Part shown: positions 1 to 9,557 of the stretch, in pieces
How positions within the stretch are numbered: position 1 is the first letter of the stretch
Layout of the letters: every line of letters begins with the position of its first letter
Assembly: GCA_964564655.1 (NCBI GenBank)
Contig: CAZMBO010000009.1
Span: 1 to 39,016 of the forward strand
Direction of reading: 5' to 3'
DNA from: an uncultured Nitrospina sp.
GTDB taxonomy: Bacteria > Nitrospinota > Nitrospinia > Nitrospinales > VA-1
DNA length: 39,016 nt
Translations under genes and position numbers: made by a program
Notes under the pieces: model-generated
What the model was told of the DNA's origin: nothing
Databases searched by the model: none
The model's input: only the letters and a program-made list of their open reading frames with translations

Positions 1-242
1 TGGGGATTGTAACCGTGCCCTTTTTTCGGGTAAGTTTTACTTTTACTTCCTTCGCTTTTATTAGTTCCGTGGACATAGGCTCCTGAGCTGCCTGTACCGA
101 TTGCATCCATTGCAGTAGACTGGGTGACAAACATCTTTTTAATTTTAATTGCACTTCCTAAATCGGCATGTGCAGATTGGAGGAACAACAAAACTATTGC
201 CGTGGTCAATCCACCTATGAACTTCGTTTTTATTTGAGACAC
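1..242 (-). CDS. Hypothetical exported protein, N-terminal part only (the ORF runs off the left edge of the window)
   Basis: Absent from the ORF track because it is truncated. A minus-strand GTG at 242-240 follows GGAGG with a 5-nt spacer. My manual translation stays open down to position 1. The N-terminus VSQIKTKFIGGLTTAIVLLFLQSAHA/DLGS looks like a Sec signal peptide. Confidence 0.5.
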   Translation of the reverse strand, partial: MSQIKTKFIGGLTTAIVLLFLQSAHADLGSAIKIKKMFVTQSTAMDAIGTGSSGAYVHGTNKSEGSKSKTYPKKGHGYNP

Positions 243-306
243 TTTTACCTCCTTGAGAGGGGAAATACTGCGCCAATCCAAACAATCACTAGTAATAATA
301 AAAAAG

Positions 307-380
<74 letters not shown>

Positions 381-644
381 ATAAATAAAAAAAGGGATGA
401 AGAGGAATGGAATCCTTGATCCCTATAAGTCCTAATTAATAATTCCTAATATCAATATTTTACTTTTTATTTGGAGAGAAGGAAATAGAAAATTTATCTT
501 GAATTTTAGGAAGTTAAAAAACAAAACGGTAATTTTTACTTCTACAATTCTAGATTGTCTGTTTTAAAATAAATTGCTCAATAAAATATTAACTATAGTT
601 TCCAACGGAACGGCAACGATCGTCAAGACGTCCTTATGGGGAAA

Positions 645-721
645 TGGGGTGAGCGACGGGATTTGAACCCGCGACCGCTGGAGCCACAATCCAGAGCTCT
701 ACCGACTGAGCTACGCCCACC
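645..721 (-). tRNA. tRNA-His, anticodon GTG, with encoded G-1 and 3' CCA
   Basis: The reverse complement reads G-GTGGGCG-TA-GCTC-AGTCGGTA-GAGC-T-CTGGA-TTGTGGC-TCCAG-CGGTC-GCGGG-TTCAAAT-CCCGT-CGCTCAC-C-CCA. The extra 5' G opposite C73 is the bacterial tRNA-His hallmark. Confidence 0.92.
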
Positions 722-803
722 ATATTTTTATGTTTTCAAACTAAAACAGACAGATAGAGGCAAATTTTAATCTATCCCTAAGCCTTTGTAAAGAAAATGC
801 TAA

Positions 804-1271
804 TTATTTAATTACGCGAAGGTGGCTGCGGTCTCGTGGGGTCTTCGGTCGAGATTCTGGGGTCGGTTTGTCACTTGTTTTCAGGGATTTTAGTTTTTTC
901 TCAGGTTTAGGTGCAGGATTGTCTACCATTTCACTCACTATTTGATCTGCAAGATTCATATCTGCTGGAATACTTTCCTCCCACACTTGCCCATTTTGCA
1001 TATTGGGGTCATAAATGGCCCATACCGCTTCAAAGGGTAACAGACATTTGTAGGGCCTGCCGCTAAAGGCCAGTGTGGCTGAAATGGCGTCTTGATTAAT
1101 TTCTATGGGTTGTCTGAAGTTCAAATTAAAAACAAGGTTTAATGAAGAGTTGGATTTCTGATTCTTCGGAACATCCACGTCTGGCAACCGGGCGTCGAGA
1201 CAAACCATTGCATCACCTGTTTCCAGTAAATACAAAAGAAAGTCGTATTTTTTTTTGTTTAGGGTTTCCAT
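804..1271 (-). CDS. sspB: ClpXP adaptor SspB (stringent starvation protein B family)
   Basis: The 155-aa protein has an N-terminal SspB-like fold (LLETGDAMVCLDARLPDVDVP ... LNLVFNLNF ... ATLAFSGRPYKCLLPFEAVWAIYDP). A disordered Pro/Lys linker follows, then a C-terminal HLRVIK resembling the LRVVK ClpX-binding tail of E. coli SspB. Confidence 0.85.
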   Translation of the reverse strand: METLNKKKYDFLLYLLETGDAMVCLDARLPDVDVPKNQKSNSSLNLVFNLNFRQPIEINQDAISATLAFSGRPYKCLLPFEAVWAIYDPNMQNGQVWEESIPADMNLADQIVSEMVDNPAPKPEKKLKSLKTSDKPTPESRPKTPRDRSHLRVIK

Positions 1272-1474
1272 AATTTAAAACTAACATAAACCCTCTCACG
1301 AGGGAAGGGACTATTAGCGATAGACTTTGTTTAAAACCTCTTTATTAATTTGCAAAGAGTATTCACGGTTTGACGAATCTTTTCTTATCTCTTAAAGGTA
1401 GTATTGCTCTTTTAGGTGTACCGGTGTTACCATGCTGAAATTTCTAGACAGATATTTTCTGAGGACTAATTTTT

Positions 1475-2377
1475 ATGCGTGGGAATAGATTGAGGTGGGT
1501 CGCGGTAATTTTCAGTATTTTGTTTTGTTCGCGTGTGGTTTGGGCCGAGGAGTCTAAAACTATTGAGGTATGGAAAAATCTATTCACATTCACTCACGGC
1601 AAGGGAGCTAACTCCAACACCACTTTTCTTGTAACTAAAGAGGGTGTGATTGTTGTTGATACCCGTGTTACGCCTGCTGAGGCTAGAAAAGTCAAAGAAG
1701 CGGTTCGCAAACAAACACAACTACCCATTTTATACATCATCAACACGAGTTATCACGGTGACCATAGTTTTGGTAATCAGGTTTTTAAGGATAGCCACAC
1801 AATCATCGCGCACGAAAATGTTCGCAAAGCTCTGACACAAGAATCAGGTAAAGAATATTTGGCATTTTTTAAGACTCTCAAAATTCCGGGAATGGAAGAA
1901 ACTGTGATCACTCCGCCAAGTATGATTTTCAAAGATAAAATGCATATTTATGCAGGGGAGTACCATCTTGAATTAATTCATATGCCAGGTCATACCGATG
2001 GCGACTTGTTTATATATATTGAAGCTCTAAAGACACTCATCACGGGAGACCTGATTTTGAATGGAAAGGTTCCTTATATGGGTGATGCCTATATTGATGA
2101 CTGGATTAAGGCCCTTAATTATATGGGAGGTTTAGATGCGGAGATTTATATCCCCGGTCATGGTAACCCTGGAGGAAAACCCATTCTAATAGCTATGAAA
2201 CATTATCTTTTTGAATTACGCCAAAGGGTTGTGAGGCAGATTGAAAAAGGCAGCTCGTTGAAAGAAACCCAGAATATAGTCGGGCCGATGCTGAAAGAAA
2301 AATATAGAAGCTGGCAAAACCTGGAGCGGATCGATAGGAACATCGAACGTGCTTACAAAGAATTCAGTGTGAAATAG
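1475..2377 (+). CDS. MBL-fold metallo-hydrolase, exported
   Basis: 300 aa with a signal peptide (VAVIFSILFCSRVVWA). It carries the MBL motif variant SYHGDHSFG, plus the later metal-ligand motifs HMPGHTDGD and IPGHG. The substrate cannot be inferred. Confidence 0.8.
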   Translation: MRGNRLRWVAVIFSILFCSRVVWAEESKTIEVWKNLFTFTHGKGANSNTTFLVTKEGVIVVDTRVTPAEARKVKEAVRKQTQLPILYIINTSYHGDHSFGNQVFKDSHTIIAHENVRKALTQESGKEYLAFFKTLKIPGMEETVITPPSMIFKDKMHIYAGEYHLELIHMPGHTDGDLFIYIEALKTLITGDLILNGKVPYMGDAYIDDWIKALNYMGGLDAEIYIPGHGNPGGKPILIAMKHYLFELRQRVVRQIEKGSSLKETQNIVGPMLKEKYRSWQNLERIDRNIERAYKEFSVK

Positions 2378-2548
2378 TAGGATTAAATTATCTATTCTTT
2401 TTTTTCAAAACGTTGATAGATTCCAAACGTAACTTTGAGGGTTGCTGACGAACATTGCCTCCCCTGTTGGAGGGTGGTAGACTTGTTTGGAACCTTCATT
2501 TGAAAATTAATCTCTTATCGAGTCCTTATATTTAGAAGGAAAATAACT

Positions 2549-3211
2549 ATGAAAAAAATTGGTGTTGTTTTATCAGGATGCGGCGTATATGACGGCGCAG
2601 AAATTCACGAAGCGGTCATAACTCTTTTGGCCATCGACAGGGCCGGCGCCAAATCAGTGTGCATGGCTCCAGATATCGATCAAATCCATGTGATCAATCA
2701 CCACAACGGCGAGGAAATGGTTGGCGAGAAACGAAACGTTTTGGTGGAATCGGCTCGTATTGCCCGTGGGGAAATAAGAGATATTAATGCCATCAAAGCC
2801 GATGACATTGATGCCTTAGTATTCCCTGGCGGATTTGGTGCAGCCAAAAATCTCTCAAGTTTTGCAGAAAAGGGGGATGAATGCGATGTACACCCTGATG
2901 TTATGCGATTGGTGAAAGAATTTGTTGCCAAACAGAAGCCACAGGCCGCGTTATGTATTGCTCCAGCAATGATGGCAAAAATCTACGAAAGCGAATCGGT
3001 CAAGCCTACCCTGACGATAGGAAACGATAAAGATGGTATTAGCATGATTGAAGCAATGGGGAGCCAGCATCAGGAGTGTGTGGCAACGGATTTTGTATTT
3101 GATGAGAAGAATAAGATTGTTTCAACCCCTGCTTATATGGTTGGGAAAAGTATTTCGGAAGTAGCGGAAGGAATCGAAAAAACCATCAATAAGCTCGTCA
3201 GTATGATTTAA
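2549..3211 (+). CDS. elbB: Isoprenoid biosynthesis glyoxalase ElbB (DJ-1/PfpI superfamily)
   Basis: 220 aa, colinear with my recollection of E. coli ElbB. Shared segments include MKKIGVVLSGCGVYDGAEIHEAV, FPGGFGAAKNLS, CIAPAM and VSTPAYM. An SD (aaggaaaa) lies upstream. Confidence 0.88.
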   Translation: MKKIGVVLSGCGVYDGAEIHEAVITLLAIDRAGAKSVCMAPDIDQIHVINHHNGEEMVGEKRNVLVESARIARGEIRDINAIKADDIDALVFPGGFGAAKNLSSFAEKGDECDVHPDVMRLVKEFVAKQKPQAALCIAPAMMAKIYESESVKPTLTIGNDKDGISMIEAMGSQHQECVATDFVFDEKNKIVSTPAYMVGKSISEVAEGIEKTINKLVSMI

Positions 3212-3281
3212 GATTTACCATCCCCATCGCTAAGATCTTATAATTCATTGAAGTGAATAGAATATGGATTATTTGAGTTTT

Positions 3282-4634
3282 TTAAACAATTTCAAGAGTT
3301 TTCATTCCTGTTAATGCTGTGGACTTTTGTAATGCATCCTCACCTCTAGGACTGAGTTTATTTCCGGCAACATTTAAAAACTGTAAGCCAGAAAGAGTTT
3401 TAGAATTGGCAAGGGATACAGCACCTTCATCGCCAATTGCGTTTAGAGCTAAGACCAATCGCTTTAAACTGGCGAGGTTTTCCGACTCTGAAATAGCTTT
3501 TGCTCCAGCGGCGTGAATCCAGTTTTCGTTCTCAATAGAGAGGGTTTCTAGGTTCAGCAGAGTGGTTGAACTAGCCAGCGCTTTTACTCCTAGATCAGAA
3601 ATATTATTATTGTTCAACCTCAAATATTTGAGCGAAGAACAGTTCAACGAATTTGCCAAGGCCACTGCACCTTCCTGGTCTAATTTGTTTTCACCAAGAT
3701 CCAGGTTTTCAAGCGATCTCATATTTGTAGAATCAGCCAGGGCTTTTGCACCTTCTGCACGAAGGTCATTGTTGTTCAGGTCAAGAGATTGAAGTCGCGT
3801 TATTGTTTTGGATTTAGAAAGAGAAATAGCACTGTCTGTTGTTAAACCATTATTATGCATGACTAGTTTTTCAAGGTTTTTAAATAAAGGGGATGCGGCC
3901 ATTGCGTAAACACCGTCATCCCCTATATGGTTGTTATTGAGAATCAATGTTTTCAGGTTAGGAAATACCATAGAACTGCAAAGGGTTTCCATGCCTACTT
4001 CTGTCAACGCATTGTCAGATAAGTTCAGTGTGGTTAGGGATTCTAAAGGAGGTGCTTTTGCTAAAAACTTCAAGCCATCATCTCCAACACCCGTGTCGCG
4101 AAGATTTAATTCAACAAATTGCTGGCATAAGGGCGAATCCACCAGCGATTTAATTCCCATACCCTCAAGGCGATTGTAAGACAGGTCGAGCTGTTTTAAA
4201 TTTATAAATCCTGTAGCCATTGAAAATACTTTTGCGCCTAACGAACCCAACTCATTACTGGAAAGGTCAAGACTTTCAAGGTGTGTCATAGACAAGCATT
4301 TAGATAGAAAAAATATTGCCTCATCATCTAGATTATTATTCGCTAGCGTAAGTGTTTCTAGGTTTGAAAAAGAATCAGAAGCGCAAAGAGGTTGTAAACC
4401 TGTGGAGTTAAGTCCCGTTTGATTAAGGTTTAGATGTTTCAGGTTCTTGATTGGAGTAAAATCGGAGAGGGCTTTAAAGTCTTTCTCACTCAGCTTAGAA
4501 CCACTTAGCTCCAGCCTTTTTTTGTCGGGGCTAATTTTCTCTTGGATCAAGGTTCCCAAATCCGGGTTCTCCGTATACTTTTCAAAAAACCGGAGAAAAT
4601 CTAGACTGTCATCAATGTCTTTCGCTTCCGCCAT
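3282..4634 (-). CDS. Leucine-rich repeat protein, RI/NLR-like 27-residue repeats, no signal peptide
   Basis: 450 aa. After an N-terminal segment of about 60 aa come about 14 tandem 27-aa units of the form LxxLxLxxNxIGDEGAxALAxSxxxxx, for example LENLDLGENKLDQEGAVALANSLNCSS. The protein ends in MKTLEIV. All + strand ORFs inside this span look like antisense artefacts. Confidence 0.88.
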   Translation of the reverse strand: MAEAKDIDDSLDFLRFFEKYTENPDLGTLIQEKISPDKKRLELSGSKLSEKDFKALSDFTPIKNLKHLNLNQTGLNSTGLQPLCASDSFSNLETLTLANNNLDDEAIFFLSKCLSMTHLESLDLSSNELGSLGAKVFSMATGFINLKQLDLSYNRLEGMGIKSLVDSPLCQQFVELNLRDTGVGDDGLKFLAKAPPLESLTTLNLSDNALTEVGMETLCSSMVFPNLKTLILNNNHIGDDGVYAMAASPLFKNLEKLVMHNNGLTTDSAISLSKSKTITRLQSLDLNNNDLRAEGAKALADSTNMRSLENLDLGENKLDQEGAVALANSLNCSSLKYLRLNNNNISDLGVKALASSTTLLNLETLSIENENWIHAAGAKAISESENLASLKRLVLALNAIGDEGAVSLANSKTLSGLQFLNVAGNKLSPRGEDALQKSTALTGMKTLEIV

Positions 4635-4735
4635 TAATCTATCCTTTTAATTAAGAGGTCTTGATTATATCACTATTGCAAAATGCCTCTGTCTAAAAGG
4701 ACTGTAGATTTTGAATTGGATTATAGGAAGGTAAA

Positions 4736-7700
4736 TTAATTAAAATTAACGGATACTGCTTTGGAAACACCCTTTTCTTCCATGGTGATCCCATAGAGAG
4801 CGTTGGCAAAAGTCATTGTTTTCTGATTGTGAGTGATGATGATGAATTGGGTATTGACAGCCATCTCTTTCAGCATCTCCTGAAAACGCACAACATTGGC
4901 CTCATCGAGGGGGGCATCAACTTCGTCTAGTAAACAAAAGGGGCTGGGGCGAACCTTAAATACGGCAAACATCAGGGCGATGGCCGTCATCGATTTTTCA
5001 CCGCCGGAAAGAAGTGACAAGTTTTGTAGGCTTTTTCCTATTGGGTTGGCGGTAATCTCTATTCCTGAGTCGAGAGGATTGGATTCATCTATCAAGGATA
5101 AATTAGCCTTGCCACCTTGAAACAGGCGGGCAAAGACTTCTTTGAAGTTTTCGTTGACCTTATCAAAGGTCTCCAAGAACCTTTGCTGAGTTGTGCAATT
5201 AATTTTTTCAATGGTTGAATGCAACAACTCAATAGACTCTGCTAAATCGTCCTGTTGTTCCTTTAGAAAGGTGTAACGTTCGTTGGTTTTTTCAAATTCC
5301 GACAAAGCTGCCAAATTCACCTCGCCCAGTCGCTCTAGCTTTTGCTTTAAATCTTTGACAGATTCTTCAATTTCGTTTTCAATAATTTTTTCATCATAGG
5401 CAGCAGATAACTCTTCGCGGGTCGCATTGAAATCTTCGTATACACGTTCTTCAATATGTGCATTTTGCAATTTTATTTCAGAACGTTTGATTTCTATCTG
5501 AGATAAAGTTTCTGTAATTTCCTGAATTTTTCTGGACAACTCGCGGATGTTTTGATCCATTTGCTTTTGCGAATCCTCATTTTCTCTCAGGTTTTCTTCC
5601 TCTTTCACCGCTCTATTACTCAGGGCATCCTTTTCTCTGGTTTGTTTTAATACATTACCTTCCAACACTGACACATCGTTATCGATTTCAGTTATTCGAC
5701 TCTGGTTTGAAACCATATCCTTCTCGCGTTTTTCAATTTGTTGTTGAAGGTTTTTTTGTTGCAGTGTCAGGCGCTTGATCTCCGTAAGTGTATTTTCCCG
5801 TCGTCCAACCAAAGAGGTGATTAAAACTTTTAATCCACTAATTTCCATCAAGTTTCTTTCCAGGGCCTTTCGACTTTCTTCCAATTCAGTTCGTTCTTTT
5901 GCTAGGGATTCCTCTTCAGCCCGACTCTTTTGTTCCATTTCCAGCAACTGTTCACTTAGCGAATCTTTCTCATTTTCTAGGTCATGCAGTTGTTGGGTCA
6001 AGGACATCGACTCAGTGTCCAAGTTCGAAGCATGGTTATCCAGCCTTAGTACCTCCTGCCGCAATTGTTCCAAGTCGCGTAGACTATTGTTATTGGCCAA
6101 TTCCTTTTGGTGAACTTCTTCATTTATTTTTTTGAGACTTGTTTCCAGCTCCACTAATGCGTTTTTATCAGATTCTATCTTTACCTGCGATTCTTCTAGC
6201 TTTACCTTTAATTCCTTTACGCTTTTGGAAAGACTTTCAATTTCCCTGTTTCTTGCCAGTAATCGTGAGGATTCATTTTTGGCCGAACCACCTGTGATAA
6301 AACCATTCGATTCAATCATTTCACCATTTAAGGTTACAACTGTACCCTGAAACTCAGGGTTCTGATGAAGATGCATCCCCACATCCATATCCTGCACGAT
6401 GACAACATTTCTTAACAACAACTCAATGACCGGCCTGTAATCTTCACCACATTGGATGAAATTGAGAGCTTTTCCAACAACACCTTGTGTGCCATTTAAA
6501 TGCAAGGGGGCACTCGGTGTCGATTTTGGATTCAAAGGAACGAACAAACCTCGCCCAGACTCATTATTTTTAAGATAACCAATGGCTTCCATCGAGTCAG
6601 AATAAGAGTTTACGATGACACTTTGTAGTTTGTCGCCCAAAGCCGTTTCTATTGCAGTTTCATATTCCGCGGGAGTTTGCAAAACATCAACAAGCACTTC
6701 GCGAATTCCAGGAATCCTTTCACCATTTTGTTGGCTCATAAGGGATTTAATGCCTTCATTAAATCCTTCAAATTGTGTTCGCAATTTTTCCAATGAATTC
6801 AGCAGCGAAGCCTTATTAAAGTAAGCCTCTTTTCTTTCGCCGTGCAGATCGGCCTGCTCCTGTGCCTGATTCGAGCATTTGAGAACTTTTTGTTTTAGCT
6901 TTTCCTGTTGCCCCTTGAGTTGTTGCAGTTCATTAATGCTGCTTTGGTGGCTTCTTTCGCGTTCTTGCAGAGTTGATTGATTATTCTGGATTAAATTTAG
7001 AATTTCTTCTTTTTCTTTTGAAAGATTTTGTTTGCGTAGCTCAATACCCTGGCATTTAGTTTCAAGTTCAGTGAGTTTGTTGTTTGACCCTGCTGTTTGT
7101 TGGTACAATTCAAAAACCTTTCTTTCCCCAACCTGAACTCGGTCCTGAATTGTCTGAAGAGCATCGCGCTTTTGTCCGCTAATTTCTTTTAATTGTTCTA
7201 GGTTTTTTTCCTGATCATTGATTTCCTTAGAAGTATCGCTAAGCTTTTTTTGTTGATTGTCTGTCTGCTGCAATAGACTTTCAATCTCCTCCTCCATTCG
7301 GGTAATTTCGCCGCCGGCAGCCTCAATATCTTTTCTCGCCTCAGCTTGCTGCTCTTTTTTGAAAGTGATGGTTTGTTCGTTACTGCTAATTTGAGTGGTC
7401 AGCTTGTGAATATCCTCACGCAGGCTATTCAATCGGTTCAACGACTCTTCTATTTCAATATTGAGTTTGAGCAGCTGATTTTCAAAGGTGGCATACCGCG
7501 TACTCCACTCTGTTTTCTTTTGTGTTTGCTCTTCAAGTTCCTGATCTATAGTTTTTAACTGCGCCTGAAACCGTTTGATTTTTACTGCGAAGAGCTGCAA
7601 AGAAAGTTCTTTAATTTCTGCTTTAAAATTTTTATAACGCTCTGCTTTTGCAGCCTGGCGTTTCAAGGACTCAACCTGTCGATGCAGCTCCTGCACAATA

Positions 7701-8293
7701 TCAGCGACGCGTTCCAAATTTTGCCGTGAATTATCGAGCTTTCTTACAGCATCATTTTTTCGACTTTTAAATTTAAGAATGCCTGCAGCTTCTTCAATCA
7801 GAATCCGTCGCTCTTCCGGTTTCGAGGTGATGATATCCTGTATATGGCCTTGCTCGATAATCGTAAGAACCTTCGGACTAATTCCAGCATCCAGAAGAAA
7901 ATCTGTGATATCTTTCAGGCGACAAGGAATTTGGTTGATATAAAATTCGCTTTCACCAGACCGGTGGTAGCATCTAGTTACCTTTACATCTTCAGCCATA
8001 TTTGGAACCCCTGCAATACGGATTCCAGCTGGAACATTTGATAGCGTAATTGAAATTTCGGCACGGTTTACCGGTTTGCGGCTACCACTGCCATTAAAAA
8101 TAAGATCGGTTATCCGAGCGCTACGTAAGGTTTTGGACCTTTGCTCGCCGATGGCCCAACGGATGGCATCAGAAACATTACTTTTCCCGCAACCGTTCGG
8201 ACCAACAATGGCGGTGAAACCATTTTTGAACTCAAGGTTGGTGGAGTCAGCAAAAGATTTGAAACCTTCTAATTCAAGATTTTTCAAATACAT
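4736..8293 (-). CDS. smc: Chromosome segregation protein SMC
   Basis: 1185 aa. Motifs: Walker A GPNGCGKSN, a long coiled coil, a central hinge (GYLKNNESGRGLFVPL), signature LSGGEKSMTAIAL and Walker B FCLLDEVDAPLD. Confidence 0.95.
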   Translation of the reverse strand: MYLKNLELEGFKSFADSTNLEFKNGFTAIVGPNGCGKSNVSDAIRWAIGEQRSKTLRSARITDLIFNGSGSRKPVNRAEISITLSNVPAGIRIAGVPNMAEDVKVTRCYHRSGESEFYINQIPCRLKDITDFLLDAGISPKVLTIIEQGHIQDIITSKPEERRILIEEAAGILKFKSRKNDAVRKLDNSRQNLERVADIVQELHRQVESLKRQAAKAERYKNFKAEIKELSLQLFAVKIKRFQAQLKTIDQELEEQTQKKTEWSTRYATFENQLLKLNIEIEESLNRLNSLREDIHKLTTQISSNEQTITFKKEQQAEARKDIEAAGGEITRMEEEIESLLQQTDNQQKKLSDTSKEINDQEKNLEQLKEISGQKRDALQTIQDRVQVGERKVFELYQQTAGSNNKLTELETKCQGIELRKQNLSKEKEEILNLIQNNQSTLQERERSHQSSINELQQLKGQQEKLKQKVLKCSNQAQEQADLHGERKEAYFNKASLLNSLEKLRTQFEGFNEGIKSLMSQQNGERIPGIREVLVDVLQTPAEYETAIETALGDKLQSVIVNSYSDSMEAIGYLKNNESGRGLFVPLNPKSTPSAPLHLNGTQGVVGKALNFIQCGEDYRPVIELLLRNVVIVQDMDVGMHLHQNPEFQGTVVTLNGEMIESNGFITGGSAKNESSRLLARNREIESLSKSVKELKVKLEESQVKIESDKNALVELETSLKKINEEVHQKELANNNSLRDLEQLRQEVLRLDNHASNLDTESMSLTQQLHDLENEKDSLSEQLLEMEQKSRAEEESLAKERTELEESRKALERNLMEISGLKVLITSLVGRRENTLTEIKRLTLQQKNLQQQIEKREKDMVSNQSRITEIDNDVSVLEGNVLKQTREKDALSNRAVKEEENLRENEDSQKQMDQNIRELSRKIQEITETLSQIEIKRSEIKLQNAHIEERVYEDFNATREELSAAYDEKIIENEIEESVKDLKQKLERLGEVNLAALSEFEKTNERYTFLKEQQDDLAESIELLHSTIEKINCTTQQRFLETFDKVNENFKEVFARLFQGGKANLSLIDESNPLDSGIEITANPIGKSLQNLSLLSGGEKSMTAIALMFAVFKVRPSPFCLLDEVDAPLDEANVVRFQEMLKEMAVNTQFIIITHNQKTMTFANALYGITMEEKGVSKAVSVNFN

Positions 8294-8425
8294 TTGGCGC
8301 TAAAACCCTTATAAAAATTATGTTTTAGTATCCATAGTAACTTGAGAAAGGTTATCCCAATCCCAAAGTATTGTAAAGGGAAATTATACAATCCTTGGTA
8401 TACTAGAAATTTTAAGGCCCAATAT

Positions 8426-8490
8426 ATTGTGGTATTGGTCAATACACAATAAATCATTGATTTTTAGTCTCTAGCCCAAAGTCTAGAGAC
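8426..8490. promoter_or_regulatory. Two palindromes in the smc / ArsC-family divergent intergenic region (candidate operators)
   Basis: At 8426-8450, ATTGTG-GTATTG-gt-CAATAC-ACAAT pairs 11 of 12 positions. At 8467-8490, GTCTCTAG-cccaaagt-CTAGAGAC is a perfect 8-bp inverted repeat. Their function is inferred only. Confidence 0.35.
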
Positions 8491-8547
8491 CCCAAGGCAT
8501 GCTTTCCCATGTATTTTTTAGGAAATGACCGTAAGGAGATTAGGTTG

Positions 8548-8895
8548 ATGAAGATTTATTCTTATAGTAAATGTGGAACCTGTAGAAATGCCATTAAGGA
8601 TCTAGAAGCAAAAAAAATTAAATTTGAGGTGATTGATATCACTGAAAATCCGCCAAGCAAAAAAGTTCTTAAATCTGCGGTCAAAGCGAAGGGGCTGCAA
8701 AAATTATTTAACACCAGCGGCGTTCAGTATCGTGAACTCAAGATAAAAGATAAACTGAAATCGATGACCGAAGCGCAAGCGATTGACCTGCTTGCTTCAA
8801 ATGGTCGCTTAATTAAAAGGCCGATTGTAGTGGATAAAGATAAAATAACGATTGGCTTTAATGCCGATGAGTATAAACAGGTCTGGGGAAAATAG
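8548..8895 (+). CDS. ArsC/Spx/MgsR-family protein with an N-terminal CXXC motif
   Basis: Sequence reads MKIYSYSKCGTCRNA...LFNTSG..YREL...LIKRPIVVD. I prefer the ATG at 8548, which follows AAGGAG (8533-8538), over the ORF-track start at 8509. Confidence 0.8.
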   Translation: MKIYSYSKCGTCRNAIKDLEAKKIKFEVIDITENPPSKKVLKSAVKAKGLQKLFNTSGVQYRELKIKDKLKSMTEAQAIDLLASNGRLIKRPIVVDKDKITIGFNADEYKQVWGK

Positions 8896-8907
8896 TCGCT
8901 TCATAAG

Positions 8908-9465
8908 ATGGATTTAATTTTCATTACAACCAAGCTAAAGAATCAATTCCCACTTAACCAAAAGGCGGTCGAACCACACCCCAAAAAGGCAGCAATTCTG
9001 GTCATGCTTTATCCCAAGCATAACAAAACCTATGTGTTTATGATAAAAAGAGCGTTACACCTTAAATCACATGCAGGGGAAATAGGTTTTCCCGGCGGGG
9101 TCTATGACAAGGATGAAGACGAAAATCTTTTAGCAACCGCACTCCGGGAAACCCAAGAGGAAGTAGGAATCAAAGTAGAAGCCTCGCAAGTAATAGCACA
9201 ACTTCCTATTGTGAATACCCGATTGGGATTCGAGATCACACCTTTTGTTTCTGTATTATCAGTAGCTATAGAATTTAAGTTAAAAGAAGATGAGGTCGAA
9301 GAAATACTAGAAATCCCATTGACTTCCTTGCTAGCCACACAACAACGGGATGTAAGTTTTAATCCAGAACAGGACTTGGTTATGTACTGGTTTAAACACA
9401 ATAGGATTTGGGGAGCCTCCGCACAAATTTTAAGAGAAATTCAATTAAAGATTGGTCAGCAATGA
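8908..9465 (+). CDS. Nudix hydrolase, CoA pyrophosphatase-like
   Basis: The Nudix box is GGVYDKDEDENLLATALRETQEEVGI. It is preceded by KRALHLKSHAGEIGFPGG, which resembles the CoA-pyrophosphatase (NudL-type) upstream motif. The gene starts 12 nt after the previous stop. Confidence 0.78.
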   Translation: MDLIFITTKLKNQFPLNQKAVEPHPKKAAILVMLYPKHNKTYVFMIKRALHLKSHAGEIGFPGGVYDKDEDENLLATALRETQEEVGIKVEASQVIAQLPIVNTRLGFEITPFVSVLSVAIEFKLKEDEVEEILEIPLTSLLATQQRDVSFNPEQDLVMYWFKHNRIWGASAQILREIQLKIGQQ

Positions 9466-9557
9466 GGCGATAACCTGAAAGCATTTTTCATCATTCCTAA
9501 TCAGACTGTTATAATATATATGTTTGATTATTGACAAACCCAACCTAATAGAATTCT

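Noticed and set aside
1475-2377. The MBL-fold protein as an antibiotic beta-lactamase.
   Set aside because: Only the generic MBL-fold metal motifs are visible, and the first His of HxHxDH is Ser. Nothing specific to B1/B2/B3 lactamases can be asserted without a search.
3319-8303. Many 60-112-aa + strand ORFs inside the LRR gene and smc.
   Set aside because: All are antisense to long, motif-rich genes. Their translations are Ser/Leu/Phe-rich low-complexity sequence, as expected from reading repetitive coiled-coil and LRR codons backwards.
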